Source: Paludibacter sp.
Lineage (GTDB): Bacteria; Bacteroidota; Bacteroidia; Bacteroidales; Paludibacteraceae
NCBI GenBank assembly: GCA_037134195.1
Contig: JBAXMR010000008.1
Span: 1,141-65,140 of the forward strand
Length of the DNA stretch: 64,000 nucleotides
Direction: 5' to 3'
Shown here: positions 36,641 through 46,559 of the stretch, piece after piece
Position numbering within the stretch: position 1 is the first letter of the stretch
Layout: each line of letters starts with the position of its first letter
Translations under genes and position numbers: made by a program
The notes under the pieces: generated by a model
The model's input: the letters and a program-made list of their open reading frames with translations, nothing else
Told to the model about the DNA's origin: nothing
Database searches by the model: none

Positions 36641-38347
36641 TTACCATAGAGGATTTTGAGGCCAATTTACACCATTTGTAAACAAAACTCTTTGAGGAAT
36701 TGGATAAAAGTACATTTTAGGTTCGAATACCCGCTGTTCCACAATTACTTTTTCATACGTATAATCGAATTCTGTTGGAGTTATTTTGACACCATAAAGC
36801 GGTGTACTCAAAACAACAGGAGCAGTCATCCAGCGTCTTACATCCCAAAGCCGATGGTCTTCGAATGCCAGTTCAATGCGACGTTCATTTCTTATTTTAT
36901 CACGCATAACTGGTTGAGATAGCGTGGTTGGAATTGCAGGCATACCAATTCCCGACCGTTGACGGGTTTTGCTTGCGTACAAGGAAATATCGGTGTTTCC
37001 GGGATCGTATTCATTTAGTGCTTCAGCATAATTCAGGTAAATTTCCGAAATACGGAAAACCGGCCATGAATGAACACTTGTTCTTCCTAATGTCAAATCC
37101 AATGTTTCATCAATGAATTTCTTAATGTAGTACCCCGTAGTTGTTGCATTGGCAATTCCATATCCATTTGCTCCGCCTTGAGACATATCAAGGTAAATGG
37201 TCTTAAACTTCGACTGATGATAATAAACAGACAAAGCCAAACGGGGATCTCTGTTGTTATATGGCGATGCTTTATGAGAAGGATTATTCCAGTCAAATTT
37301 AGTTCCATCTTTCATTTCATAATCATCCACGAGGTTTTGAGAAGGTGTAACTCCGCCTTTTCCAACTACATATCCTATCGGGTAATTATTTGTTTCATAG
37401 GTATTATAGGCAGTATTCCGGCGAACCAAAATCAATTCGGGGTCATTATACGTTCGACCAATCAGCCCGTAATTGGAAATTAAAGTATAGGTGGAGCCGA
37501 CTAAATCAATTAAATCTTTAGCAGCTTTGGCAGCAGCTTTCCATTTTTCAGTTCTATCACCGGTAACTGAAATTAATTCAGGATTTGAATAACCGGTTGC
37601 CCAGGATGGAGTATTGAATAAATCGCTTGCAGCATAAAGTAGCATTCTGCTTTTTAATGCCATTGCAGCACCTTTGGTTGCTCTGCCTAAATCCACATCA
37701 AGAGCATAAGTTACTGGCAAAGCACCAACTTTAGAGACTGAATCACACTCACTTACAATAAAGTTGATGCATTCATCCAATGTGTTTCGGTTTATTTTGC
37801 TGAAATCAGTATTTAAGTTCAATACATCATTAATTAATGGTACGCCTCCATAGCGTTTTACCAATTCAAAGTAATAATATGCTCTCAGAAATCTTGCTTC
37901 GTATTTCCAGTTTTTTATCTCTGCCAAACGTGTTTGATAAACAGCCTGAGCCGATGTACTTGGATCATTTTTATAAGCATCCAGGTTTACTGAATCTGAA
38001 CCGGCTAAAAATACATTCACTTTACGAATTGCTTTATAGTATTTATCCCACACATCATCGGGATTTGTAAACGCATTCCACGAACCTGAATTAATTGTTT
38101 GAGCCCCTCCTTTGTAGGTATATTCAGCTTCATCGCTTGCTGATGCCATCATCGCATTACCTAGTGCCAGAAAGCCATCATTCATATCGGCATACAAGCA
38201 TACTTGTTGACTTTTCAGATAATTGTATTGACTGGAAACCTGTTGTTGTGTCAAATAAGGTTCCATTTCCCGAGTCAAATCTCCGCAAGAAGTTAACAAA
38301 ACTATTGTCAACGCACTCAAAAAATATAATTTGTTTTTCATTTTCAT
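36641..38347 (-). CDS. susD: SusD/RagB-family outer-membrane lipoprotein (pair 2)
   Basis: 568 aa with lipobox LLTSCGD. It has typical SusD TPR-like features (..RAYYYFELVKRYGGVPL.., ..YLNYAEALNE..) and sits directly downstream of a SusC-like gene. Confidence 0.9.
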   Translation of the reverse strand: MKMKNKLYFLSALTIVLLTSCGDLTREMEPYLTQQQVSSQYNYLKSQQVCLYADMNDGFLALGNAMMASASDEAEYTYKGGAQTINSGSWNAFTNPDDVWDKYYKAIRKVNVFLAGSDSVNLDAYKNDPSTSAQAVYQTRLAEIKNWKYEARFLRAYYYFELVKRYGGVPLINDVLNLNTDFSKINRNTLDECINFIVSECDSVSKVGALPVTYALDVDLGRATKGAAMALKSRMLLYAASDLFNTPSWATGYSNPELISVTGDRTEKWKAAAKAAKDLIDLVGSTYTLISNYGLIGRTYNDPELILVRRNTAYNTYETNNYPIGYVVGKGGVTPSQNLVDDYEMKDGTKFDWNNPSHKASPYNNRDPRLALSVYYHQSKFKTIYLDMSQGGANGYGIANATTTGYYIKKFIDETLDLTLGRTSVHSWPVFRISEIYLNYAEALNEYDPGNTDISLYASKTRQRSGIGMPAIPTTLSQPVMRDKIRNERRIELAFEDHRLWDVRRWMTAPVVLSTPLYGVKITPTEFDYTYEKVIVEQRVFEPKMYFYPIPQRVLFTNGVNWPQNPLW

Positions 38348-38359
38348 AATAATTTGCCG

Positions 38360-41116
38360 TTAAAACTGAATTTTTGCTCCAACACTAACTGTTTTTACAG
38401 AAGGATACCCTGTCATTGACTCAGGATCAAGCACTTTTAAATAATCAAGCGAAAAAAGATTTGTTCCATTCACGAATACTCTTAAATCGCCTTTCGATGA
38501 ACTGATTAGGTTTTTAAATGTATATCCAAGTTCTACATCCCGCAATTTAATAAAACTGCCATCGCGTTGCCAAAAAGTTGAAGATTGGTAATTATTCAAA
38601 TCGTCTGCGGCCGATAATCTTGGATAGGTAGCAGTTGCAGCAGTTTCAGGCGTCCATCTATTTAAGGCAAAATCAGATATATTCCCTTTCGATTGGAATG
38701 CCTTGAAATAGCTGGCTCCTAAATAAATAGTTCTGTTGGTAACAGCCTGAAAAAAGGCGGAGAAATCGAATCCATAAAACTTGCAACCCAGATTTAGTCC
38801 AAAAGTAACTTCCGGAGTACTGGTTTTACCAATCGGGAAATAATCATTACCATCAATAATTCCATCACCGTTTTGATCTTTATACTTTATGTCACCAGCT
38901 TTTACAACTTGCCAGGTTGGTTTGGCAACTGTAGCATCAACTATTTCAGCATCAGTGTAAAAACCTAAGGCCTGCAATACATAGGGTTGAAATATTTGGC
39001 GTCCTGTTTTATAAAAATAATCTTCCTGTTGTTTTGCTTCCGAATTATACACAATCTTGTTTTGAGCCATCCACGCCTGAGCCTGAATATAATATTGTAC
39101 GTCTTTGTTTACTTCTACATTATAGGTCGCAGAAACTTCAAACCCCTGATTATTTACTTTTCCTACATTTAAGTATGGTAAATCGACTCCTATATAAGAT
39201 GGAATGTCCCGATTTGGAGTTGAAAGAATATCAAAACGATTGTTATTAAAGTATTCAAAAGAAATATCAAGTTTTTTAAACAGTTTTGTATCAAACCCGA
39301 TGTTGAATTTTGCTTCTTTTTCCCAGGTTACATCCGGATTTGCTAATGCTCCCTGAATAATTCCGTTCAACGTTGCATTTGTTGTTCCCAGATAATAATT
39401 GGCGGAATAAATATAGTTTTGTTTATACATAAAACGAGTTCCACCTATATCATCATTTCCGGTTAAACCATACGAAGTACGGAATTTTAAATAGGATACG
39501 ATTGGATTATCTTTAAGAAAGCCCTCTTCGGAAGCAACCCAACTTAATCCACCTGCAGGGAAAAACCCATATTGTTTTCCAATTGCAAAATTCTCTGAAC
39601 CCTGATAACCAAATGAAAAATTAGCATTGTATTTATTATTATAGGTGTATGAAATAAATCCATTCACACCAACATGTCTGTAAGCTTGTTGTCCCCCAAC
39701 CTGATTTTCTTGCTCGTTGCTGTATTTTGTTTCAATATCAACTCTATGATTTTCAAAAGTCCGGTTATAATCAAGATATAATTCCTGAGTTGAATTCCGC
39801 CATTGGCTGGATGAACTTTCGTCACCAACCAATGAGGATTTTTGACCAAATGCCGTTCCGTAAACAGGATTGCCATCCGGTCCTAACGTTATTGGAAATC
39901 GCTCATAAGTCTTTGTTTTATTTGAGTTACCGATATAATAACTATTAAACGAAAGAGCACCTGAAATACTTAAACCTTTTGTAATTACGTCCAACTCTTG
40001 CTTTAATCTGATTGAAGTATTTAAACCGCGTGCATTTGATGTATAATATCCTGTTTGGATTATGTCACCGAGTGGATTTGTAAAATTCCCATTTCCCCCA
40101 AAACTACTATTCGGATTATATACAGGAAATGAGTTCGGATTAATCAACCCCAATAAATTAAACAGGTTCGATGTAGTTTGCGCTCCGGGGTTTGTTTTAT
40201 CTTCAATGTTTAATCCAAGCGTAATTGCAGCTGAGAAACTCTTTGTAATATTTAAATCCAGATTCGACCTTACATTGACACGGTTATAGGATTGATCTTT
40301 AGAATTTGCTGAAAGATTTCCTGTCCTGATTAATAAACCCTCATTACTTAATTCATTAATCATTACATTGTATCTCACTGTTTTATCACCTCCTTTAAAA
40401 TTAAGATTGAACTTTGACAATGGTGATCTTTGTCTTAAAACTTGTTCGTACCAATTTACATCAGGATGATAAAGAGGGTCGCTTCCAGTTTTGTAGGCTT
40501 CTAAATCGGTATCGCTGTATCGCGGATTGGGAACTCCGTTGTTAGCAAGAGCTTCGTTATATAATCTGGCATAATCATACGAACCTAAAAAGTGAGGTAA
40601 TCTGTTAGCCTGCTGAAAACCAACCTGAGTGCTAAAACTCACTTTCAATGGAGAAATCAAGCCTCTTTTAGTTGTAACCAACAATACGCCATTAGCACCT
40701 CTTAATCCATAAATGGCAGTTTCAGCAGCATCTTTCAGTAATTTAATGGACTCAATTTCTTCCGGGATTAATTCCGAGAATGAACTTGCAAATCCATCTT
40801 CAAGTACCAACATTTGCGTTCCACCAGTGTAGGTTGCAATGCCTCTGGATAGTAAAGAATTAGAAACAACTCCCGGTTCGTCTGATCCCTGAGACACTGT
40901 CAGTCCAGGTATTCGTCCCATTAATGAATTCAACAGGTTGGGAACAAACATTTTTTCTAATTCACTACCTGAAATAACAGATAGATTATTGGAAATCAAC
41001 TTTGCAGTCAAAGTATCGTTCTTCATTTTCAGATTTTGAGCTGAAGAATTGTAAAAGACTCCGGAAAGGAGAAAAATGAATAGCAAATATTTTAATTTAT
41101 TTATCATGATTTTCAC
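38360..41116 (-). CDS. susC: SusC/RagA-like TonB-dependent transporter, short form lacking the N-terminal carboxypeptidase-regulatory-like domain (pair 2)
   Basis: 918 aa. After the signal peptide it runs directly into the plug (..LMGRIPGLTVSQGSDEPG..). The C-terminus ends ..SVGAKIQF. Confidence 0.85.
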   Translation of the reverse strand: MKIMINKLKYLLFIFLLSGVFYNSSAQNLKMKNDTLTAKLISNNLSVISGSELEKMFVPNLLNSLMGRIPGLTVSQGSDEPGVVSNSLLSRGIATYTGGTQMLVLEDGFASSFSELIPEEIESIKLLKDAAETAIYGLRGANGVLLVTTKRGLISPLKVSFSTQVGFQQANRLPHFLGSYDYARLYNEALANNGVPNPRYSDTDLEAYKTGSDPLYHPDVNWYEQVLRQRSPLSKFNLNFKGGDKTVRYNVMINELSNEGLLIRTGNLSANSKDQSYNRVNVRSNLDLNITKSFSAAITLGLNIEDKTNPGAQTTSNLFNLLGLINPNSFPVYNPNSSFGGNGNFTNPLGDIIQTGYYTSNARGLNTSIRLKQELDVITKGLSISGALSFNSYYIGNSNKTKTYERFPITLGPDGNPVYGTAFGQKSSLVGDESSSSQWRNSTQELYLDYNRTFENHRVDIETKYSNEQENQVGGQQAYRHVGVNGFISYTYNNKYNANFSFGYQGSENFAIGKQYGFFPAGGLSWVASEEGFLKDNPIVSYLKFRTSYGLTGNDDIGGTRFMYKQNYIYSANYYLGTTNATLNGIIQGALANPDVTWEKEAKFNIGFDTKLFKKLDISFEYFNNNRFDILSTPNRDIPSYIGVDLPYLNVGKVNNQGFEVSATYNVEVNKDVQYYIQAQAWMAQNKIVYNSEAKQQEDYFYKTGRQIFQPYVLQALGFYTDAEIVDATVAKPTWQVVKAGDIKYKDQNGDGIIDGNDYFPIGKTSTPEVTFGLNLGCKFYGFDFSAFFQAVTNRTIYLGASYFKAFQSKGNISDFALNRWTPETAATATYPRLSAADDLNNYQSSTFWQRDGSFIKLRDVELGYTFKNLISSSKGDLRVFVNGTNLFSLDYLKVLDPESMTGYPSVKTVSVGAKIQF

Positions 41117-41143
41117 GTTTTTATTATTAGACTAAAACTACTA

Positions 41144-42904
41144 TTACCACCCCGGGTTTTGAATTAAATACCCTTTGTCAATTTCTCCCTGAGGGAAAGG
41201 ATGACGATACATGGCAGTTTTGAATGTACGTACTTCAAACACATAAGGTTCGTATCTGCATTCGGTGGTAGTTCCTGAAGAGTTAACTATTTTGTATATT
41301 TTAAGACCATACATATTTCCCTTCATTACGCCATCATTTTCAGCAATTTCCCAACGCCGGATATCATACAGTCTGTGACCTTCGTAAGCCAGCTCAACAG
41401 CACGTTCATTTCTAATCTTTGTCCTGAACTGTTCCTGTGTTAAAGTTCTTGGCCAAACCGGCATTCCCGAACGTTTTCTGATAACATCAACAGCATCATA
41501 AGCCTCTGCCGGAGGTGTTGAATAAAATTCATTCAGAGCTTCAGCATAATTCAGATAACATTCAGCCAATCTGAAAACAATACCGTTTGGAATTGCAGAA
41601 CCATTGGTACTTGAAATTGAGTAAGGAACAGGCTTATGAACACTTTCGCCGGTTATGGTTGCATTTCTTCCCAAAATGGAAATATCTCTGCCGGTTGTCA
41701 AATCTCTACCGTTCGAAAAATCTAAAATTGGATAATCCGCATTCCAAGGTTGGTTTTGATAAACAATTGTTTGTCCAAAACGCGGATCTAAAGCCGCATA
41801 TTTGGCAAGCAAATCACTTCCACCATTCATATTCCAGGTTTGTGGTGTTCCATCTGCTTTTTCGTAGAATTGAGTGAAATTAAATGTTGCATTTAAACCT
41901 CCACCAAAACCTCCACAGGATTGAGGAATTGATGAACCCCAAGGAAAATTAGCACGAAGCATAGATCCTTTTGATTTTTCCGCAAGAATTATTTCAGCGT
42001 TATCATTGGTTTCCCACACATACCGATAATTTTTAGTAACACCCTGATCGATAATGATTACATGACCTGCTAATAAAGCCTGGTCTATTGCAATTTTTGC
42101 AGCATCAGCAGCTAATTTCCAACGATTTACATCATAATTTCCATAGCAAATTAATTTGTTGTTTGCTCCAAAATCGATGTATGGTGTGGCTGTATTGAAT
42201 GTTTTGCTTGCAGCATATAATAAGGTTCTTGATTTAAGTGCCATTGCTGCAATTTTCGTAGCTCTACCTCTTAACGAAGTAGGATAATCTTTAAAATTTG
42301 GCAAATCTGCAATAGCATCATCACAGTCTTTCACAATAAAATTAACAACATCTTCAACGGAGCTTCTTGGAATATTAAGGTTTTCGCTCAACGTAAATCG
42401 ATGATCAACAATAGGAACACCCCCGTATTTTCTGAAAAGCTCAAAATTATTTAAGGCTCTGATAAATTTAGCTTCACCTCGCACTTGTTGTTTGTATGCA
42501 TCGTCATTAAACGGTGCATTATCAATGCGTTCAATAATAATATTTGCTCTGCGCAAAGCTGACCAATGAGTTTTGAATCTGTTATCGCGGGTAGTGTTTG
42601 AATTCATATTAGCCGAGTTCCAACCTTGTGCCCAGTACCAACTCTGAACTATTTCAGCTTCGTCGCAAGCAGCTGCATTCGAACAATCACTTTTGTCGCG
42701 GGCATCCCACATCGGAAGGTCTGACATAACACCATAATAATAAGTGCCTGCAACAAAAGTTTCCACTTGTGTTTTTGTCGAAAAAATGGTATCTTCAGTA
42801 ACATCTACCCCCGGAGCTTTTTCCAAAAAATTTATAACACCATCACAGGAGTTGAAAGCACTAATCAGAACTAAAAATATCGGTATATATAGTATCCTTT
42901 TCAT
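41144..42904 (-). CDS. susD: SusD/RagB-family outer-membrane lipoprotein (pair 1)
   Basis: 586 aa with lipobox AFNSCDG. SusD-like sequence ..RALNNFELFRKYGGVPI.., ..YLNYAEALNEF.. Confidence 0.9.
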   Translation of the reverse strand: MKRILYIPIFLVLISAFNSCDGVINFLEKAPGVDVTEDTIFSTKTQVETFVAGTYYYGVMSDLPMWDARDKSDCSNAAACDEAEIVQSWYWAQGWNSANMNSNTTRDNRFKTHWSALRRANIIIERIDNAPFNDDAYKQQVRGEAKFIRALNNFELFRKYGGVPIVDHRFTLSENLNIPRSSVEDVVNFIVKDCDDAIADLPNFKDYPTSLRGRATKIAAMALKSRTLLYAASKTFNTATPYIDFGANNKLICYGNYDVNRWKLAADAAKIAIDQALLAGHVIIIDQGVTKNYRYVWETNDNAEIILAEKSKGSMLRANFPWGSSIPQSCGGFGGGLNATFNFTQFYEKADGTPQTWNMNGGSDLLAKYAALDPRFGQTIVYQNQPWNADYPILDFSNGRDLTTGRDISILGRNATITGESVHKPVPYSISSTNGSAIPNGIVFRLAECYLNYAEALNEFYSTPPAEAYDAVDVIRKRSGMPVWPRTLTQEQFRTKIRNERAVELAYEGHRLYDIRRWEIAENDGVMKGNMYGLKIYKIVNSSGTTTECRYEPYVFEVRTFKTAMYRHPFPQGEIDKGYLIQNPGW

Positions 42905-42915
42905 AAGTATAATTT

Positions 42916-45900
42916 TTAAAATTTCACATTTAAGCCCAAATTCAACGTTCTGACAATTGGATATGGTTCGTAATTCGCATCATTGTAAGTTGGGATTTCG
43001 GGATCTTCTCCGGGAAATAAATTGTCGAATGTCAATAGGTTAGTGCCATTTACAAAAATACGCGCTGAGCTAATTCCTATCGCTTTGATTAGTTTACCTT
43101 CGAAACTATATCCTACTTCAAGATTTTTCAAACGAAGATAGCTTGCATCTCTTATCCATAATGTGGAAGCCTGATAATTACTGGTTTGATTAGCATCAGA
43201 AGACAAATGAGGAAAAGAAATTGGCAATCCCTGTTCATATCGTTCCTGAGTCCAACTCCAATCTTTTAAATAATCAATGGCAGAACCTTCTTCCTGAAAC
43301 CCACGATTGAATTTTTTAGAGGCCTGTAATGAAACATTACTACTACCCTGAAATAATACCGAAAAATCAAAACCCCTATAATCTGCACCAAATGAAAATC
43401 CATACGAAACTTCGGGGAAATCGGAATAACCAATCGGAACCATGTCTTTCGAATCAATTACAGCATCACCGTTTACGTCCTTATATTTTACATCGCCGGG
43501 TTGAATTTTATTGTTCTGATAGGAGTAAACGGGTCTGTTTACATCATTTACTTCTTCCCATGTATTATAAAAACCTTCATCAATAAAACCAAAATATTGA
43601 TTCAGTCGTTGGCCTGTACGTTGAATATACGGATAGGCAGGAGTAACTTCGTCTTTGAAAATGATTTTATTACGTGCAAAAGTATAAATTGCTTTGAACC
43701 AATAATTTAGTTTTCCTACTTTATCCCTAAAATTAAATTCTCCATCAAATCCACCATTTTCCATTTCGCCGAGATTATAGGCAGGTAAATTCGCACCAAC
43801 AATTACCGGAAGCGTTAATTTATTTGCCAAGATATTTCTCCTGTGTTCTTTAAAAATATCGGCAGTTATTTTAATTTTGTCTTTCCACAAAGAAACATCA
43901 AAACCTATGTTCATCTTAACTGAACGCTCCCATGTTAATTCAGGATTACCCATTTTGCCTTCGGTTGAAGTTGTGTTTAATGTATAATTACTTCCAACAG
44001 TTCCATACCAATAAGCAACATTATCATTGTTGTTACCCGAAGCAGTATTGTAAACAAAAGCAGTAGGGCGATATAGAAATCGTTCTCCACCAATTTTGTC
44101 GTTACCCACTTCACCATAAGACCCTCTGATTTTAAGGAATGAAATCGCATCGTTTTTTGGAAAAAACTCCTCTTCGGAAGCAACCCATCCGGCAGAAAAA
44201 GCAGGAAAAAGACCAAAACGTTTACCTGAAACGAAATTTTCAGTACCATTATAACCAATATTCACTTCGGCTAGATACTTGCTTTTAAAGTCATAAGTAG
44301 CCCTACCTACAATTCCCTGATATGAATTTGGGATAAGAAAAGCTAATCCGGGATCGTAATAGCGACTTTGATTATAAAGTAATAATCCACCCACATTATG
44401 ACTACCCAGTTTTCTTGAATAGTCAAAACCGGCTTCTAAATACTCCTTTCTGTTTTTTCCGAAAGATTCTGATACACTATAAGGCCCATCAGTGCCCTGA
44501 GGAATGTAAACAGCTGATGTTCCATCCACTCCTTTAATAGCACTATAGGTAATCATATCTTTCACATATTTTTGATCCACTAGATTGTAGTTTTGATATG
44601 ACATTACCGCATGTGCCGATAGTCCTTTTGTGATTGCGTCAAGCTTCAAGTTAAAACGCAATGAACCGTTTAATTGATTCGTATATTCTCTTAGTTGACC
44701 ATTTCCAACAACCAATAAATACAATGGGTTTCTGATAAAATTATATTGACCCGAAAGGTTCTCAATCAATTTTCCATCAACAATACCTGGACCCGAAATA
44801 GGAGGATGGGCAAATGCGTTTGATAAAATATAGGCACTGCTATTGGACGGACCATTTCGGTTTTCTAATTGATCGGATAGATTCAAAGAGATTGAAAAAG
44901 CTTTGGATATTTGAAAGTCAAAATTAGATCTGAAATTATATCTGTTATATTTTACCTGAGTATCGTATCCATTGATTAAAGATGTATTGTTATACATACC
45001 TTCTTGCGAAAAGTAACCTACCGAAACGAAATATTTTACTTTTTCGGTGCCACCATTGATGTTCAGATTATGTTGTGTTTGAGTTGAATAATCTTTAAAT
45101 ATTAAGTCTATCCAATTTGTGTTCGGATAAAAAATAGGGTCAGAACCAGTTCGATACTTTTCAATCTCAGCATCTGTAAATTTTGGAGTATAGTTACCTG
45201 TTAAATAACCATCATATTTGCGGGTTTCATTGAAAGATCTGGCATAATCATAGCTATTCATCTGTTTTCTAAGATTTGTAAATCCTGCAACTGCAAAGTT
45301 TGACGAGTAACTTAACTGAGGTTTTGAAATACCACCACGTTTGGTCGTAATCAATATTACGCCATTTGCACCGCGTACACCATAAACAGCTGTTGCCGAT
45401 GCATCTTTTAATATGGAAACATTTTCAATCTCATTAGGGTCAATAGCATTATAATTGGCTGTTTCAATTCCATCAACCATAACTAATGGACTTTGCAGGT
45501 CAACATTTGCATCTGTTGCAAATGAGCCAATACCACGAATACGAATTGTAGATTGATCTTTGCCAGGTTCGCCGCTTTTTTGAACAGCAGTTAAACCTGA
45601 CAATCGACCAACCAACGCATTGCTGATATTTGCCTGTGAAGATTGAACCAATTGTTTTGTTCCTACTGATGATACAGCACCAGTAACAGTAGCTTTATTT
45701 TGCTTCCCATAACCGACCACCACAACTTCAGTCATATTAAAAGACTCATCTTCCAAAACAACTTTCAAATTTGTTGTTTTTTCAATCGAAACACTTTGCT
45801 GAACCATTCCTATGAATGAAAAAATAAGATTTCGAACAGTTTTAGGAACATTTAATATGAATCGTCCATCTGATCCAGTTACAGTGCCAATACCTGCTAT

Positions 45901-46128
45901 ATTTTCAGATTTAACTGTAACTCCTGGCATAGGATTTCCTGAAGCATCTTTTACAATGCCATTAACTTGCTTTTTTTCTGTAAGATTTTGATTGTTGTTA
46001 ATCTTAGTTTGAGCATGAAGTGATTCTACCGACGAAAACAGTATAACACTAAAGAAAAGGAAAACACACAAAATAGTCTTATACCTATTTGTTGCTAAAA
46101 ACCAACGAACTGTTTTATCAGTCTGCAT
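42916..46128 (-). CDS. susC: SusC/RagA TonB-dependent transporter, full length (pair 1)
   Basis: 1070 aa. It has a CarboxypepD_reg-like segment (VNGIVKDASGNPMPGVTVK), EVVVVGYGKQ, a plug and a barrel. It ends ..LGLNVKF. Confidence 0.9.
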   Translation of the reverse strand: MQTDKTVRWFLATNRYKTILCVFLFFSVILFSSVESLHAQTKINNNQNLTEKKQVNGIVKDASGNPMPGVTVKSENIAGIGTVTGSDGRFILNVPKTVRNLIFSFIGMVQQSVSIEKTTNLKVVLEDESFNMTEVVVVGYGKQNKATVTGAVSSVGTKQLVQSSQANISNALVGRLSGLTAVQKSGEPGKDQSTIRIRGIGSFATDANVDLQSPLVMVDGIETANYNAIDPNEIENVSILKDASATAVYGVRGANGVILITTKRGGISKPQLSYSSNFAVAGFTNLRKQMNSYDYARSFNETRKYDGYLTGNYTPKFTDAEIEKYRTGSDPIFYPNTNWIDLIFKDYSTQTQHNLNINGGTEKVKYFVSVGYFSQEGMYNNTSLINGYDTQVKYNRYNFRSNFDFQISKAFSISLNLSDQLENRNGPSNSSAYILSNAFAHPPISGPGIVDGKLIENLSGQYNFIRNPLYLLVVGNGQLREYTNQLNGSLRFNLKLDAITKGLSAHAVMSYQNYNLVDQKYVKDMITYSAIKGVDGTSAVYIPQGTDGPYSVSESFGKNRKEYLEAGFDYSRKLGSHNVGGLLLYNQSRYYDPGLAFLIPNSYQGIVGRATYDFKSKYLAEVNIGYNGTENFVSGKRFGLFPAFSAGWVASEEEFFPKNDAISFLKIRGSYGEVGNDKIGGERFLYRPTAFVYNTASGNNNDNVAYWYGTVGSNYTLNTTSTEGKMGNPELTWERSVKMNIGFDVSLWKDKIKITADIFKEHRRNILANKLTLPVIVGANLPAYNLGEMENGGFDGEFNFRDKVGKLNYWFKAIYTFARNKIIFKDEVTPAYPYIQRTGQRLNQYFGFIDEGFYNTWEEVNDVNRPVYSYQNNKIQPGDVKYKDVNGDAVIDSKDMVPIGYSDFPEVSYGFSFGADYRGFDFSVLFQGSSNVSLQASKKFNRGFQEEGSAIDYLKDWSWTQERYEQGLPISFPHLSSDANQTSNYQASTLWIRDASYLRLKNLEVGYSFEGKLIKAIGISSARIFVNGTNLLTFDNLFPGEDPEIPTYNDANYEPYPIVRTLNLGLNVKF

Positions 46129-46253
46129 AATGTGATTAAATTTAGTTTGTACTAGACTTTTAATTTAAAACAAATATATGAATTTACTGAACATGAAAAT
46201 AATTATTTCTAAACTTATTTTCGGTATCATTTAAACTTATAATTGTTTGACTG

Positions 46254-46299
46254 CAAAATTAGAGCAAACAGCGTGATTCTTACCGTTTGTTTTGTAACA
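46254..46299 (-). promoter_or_regulatory. Putative susC operon promoter with the TGTTACAAA palindrome 28 nt from the -7 box
   Basis: The minus strand reads TGTTACAAAA (46299-46290), N28, TAATTTTG (46261-46254). About 125 nt of leader separates it from the ATG at 46128. Confidence 0.5.
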
Positions 46300-46412
46300 A
46301 AAATCATAAAAATCAAAAGAAAAAACACATTTCTTATTTTTCGAAAATCAACAAACGTGCTAATAATTATTGATGAAATGAATTTTATTACTCTTGCTAA
46401 TTTATTCATTTT

Positions 46413-46478
46413 TGTTACAAAGTATATGTTATCTGTTATATTTGGACATAATTATTAATTTCCCAATTTATAATTTTG
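46413..46478 (+). promoter_or_regulatory. 66-bp promoter module, copy 4 (upstream of the GH110-like gene 46560..48332)
   Basis: TGTTACAAAG (46413-46422), N48, TAATTTTG (46471-46478). TATCTG and TTTG sub-blocks sit at the same offsets as the tandem 9-mers of copies 1-3. Confidence 0.55.
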
Positions 46479-46559
46479 TAGCTGATTGTTTTTAGTGTAA
46501 ACCAACTGCATAATAAATCTTATATCAAACTAAGAATTCACAAAATAAAATATAAAACG

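Noticed and set aside
46227-46458. Small ORFs 46227-46409 (-) and 46243-46458 (+) in the susC / GH110 divergent intergenic region.
   Set aside because: They are AT-rich, hydrophobic low-complexity translations that overlap each other and the predicted promoter elements.
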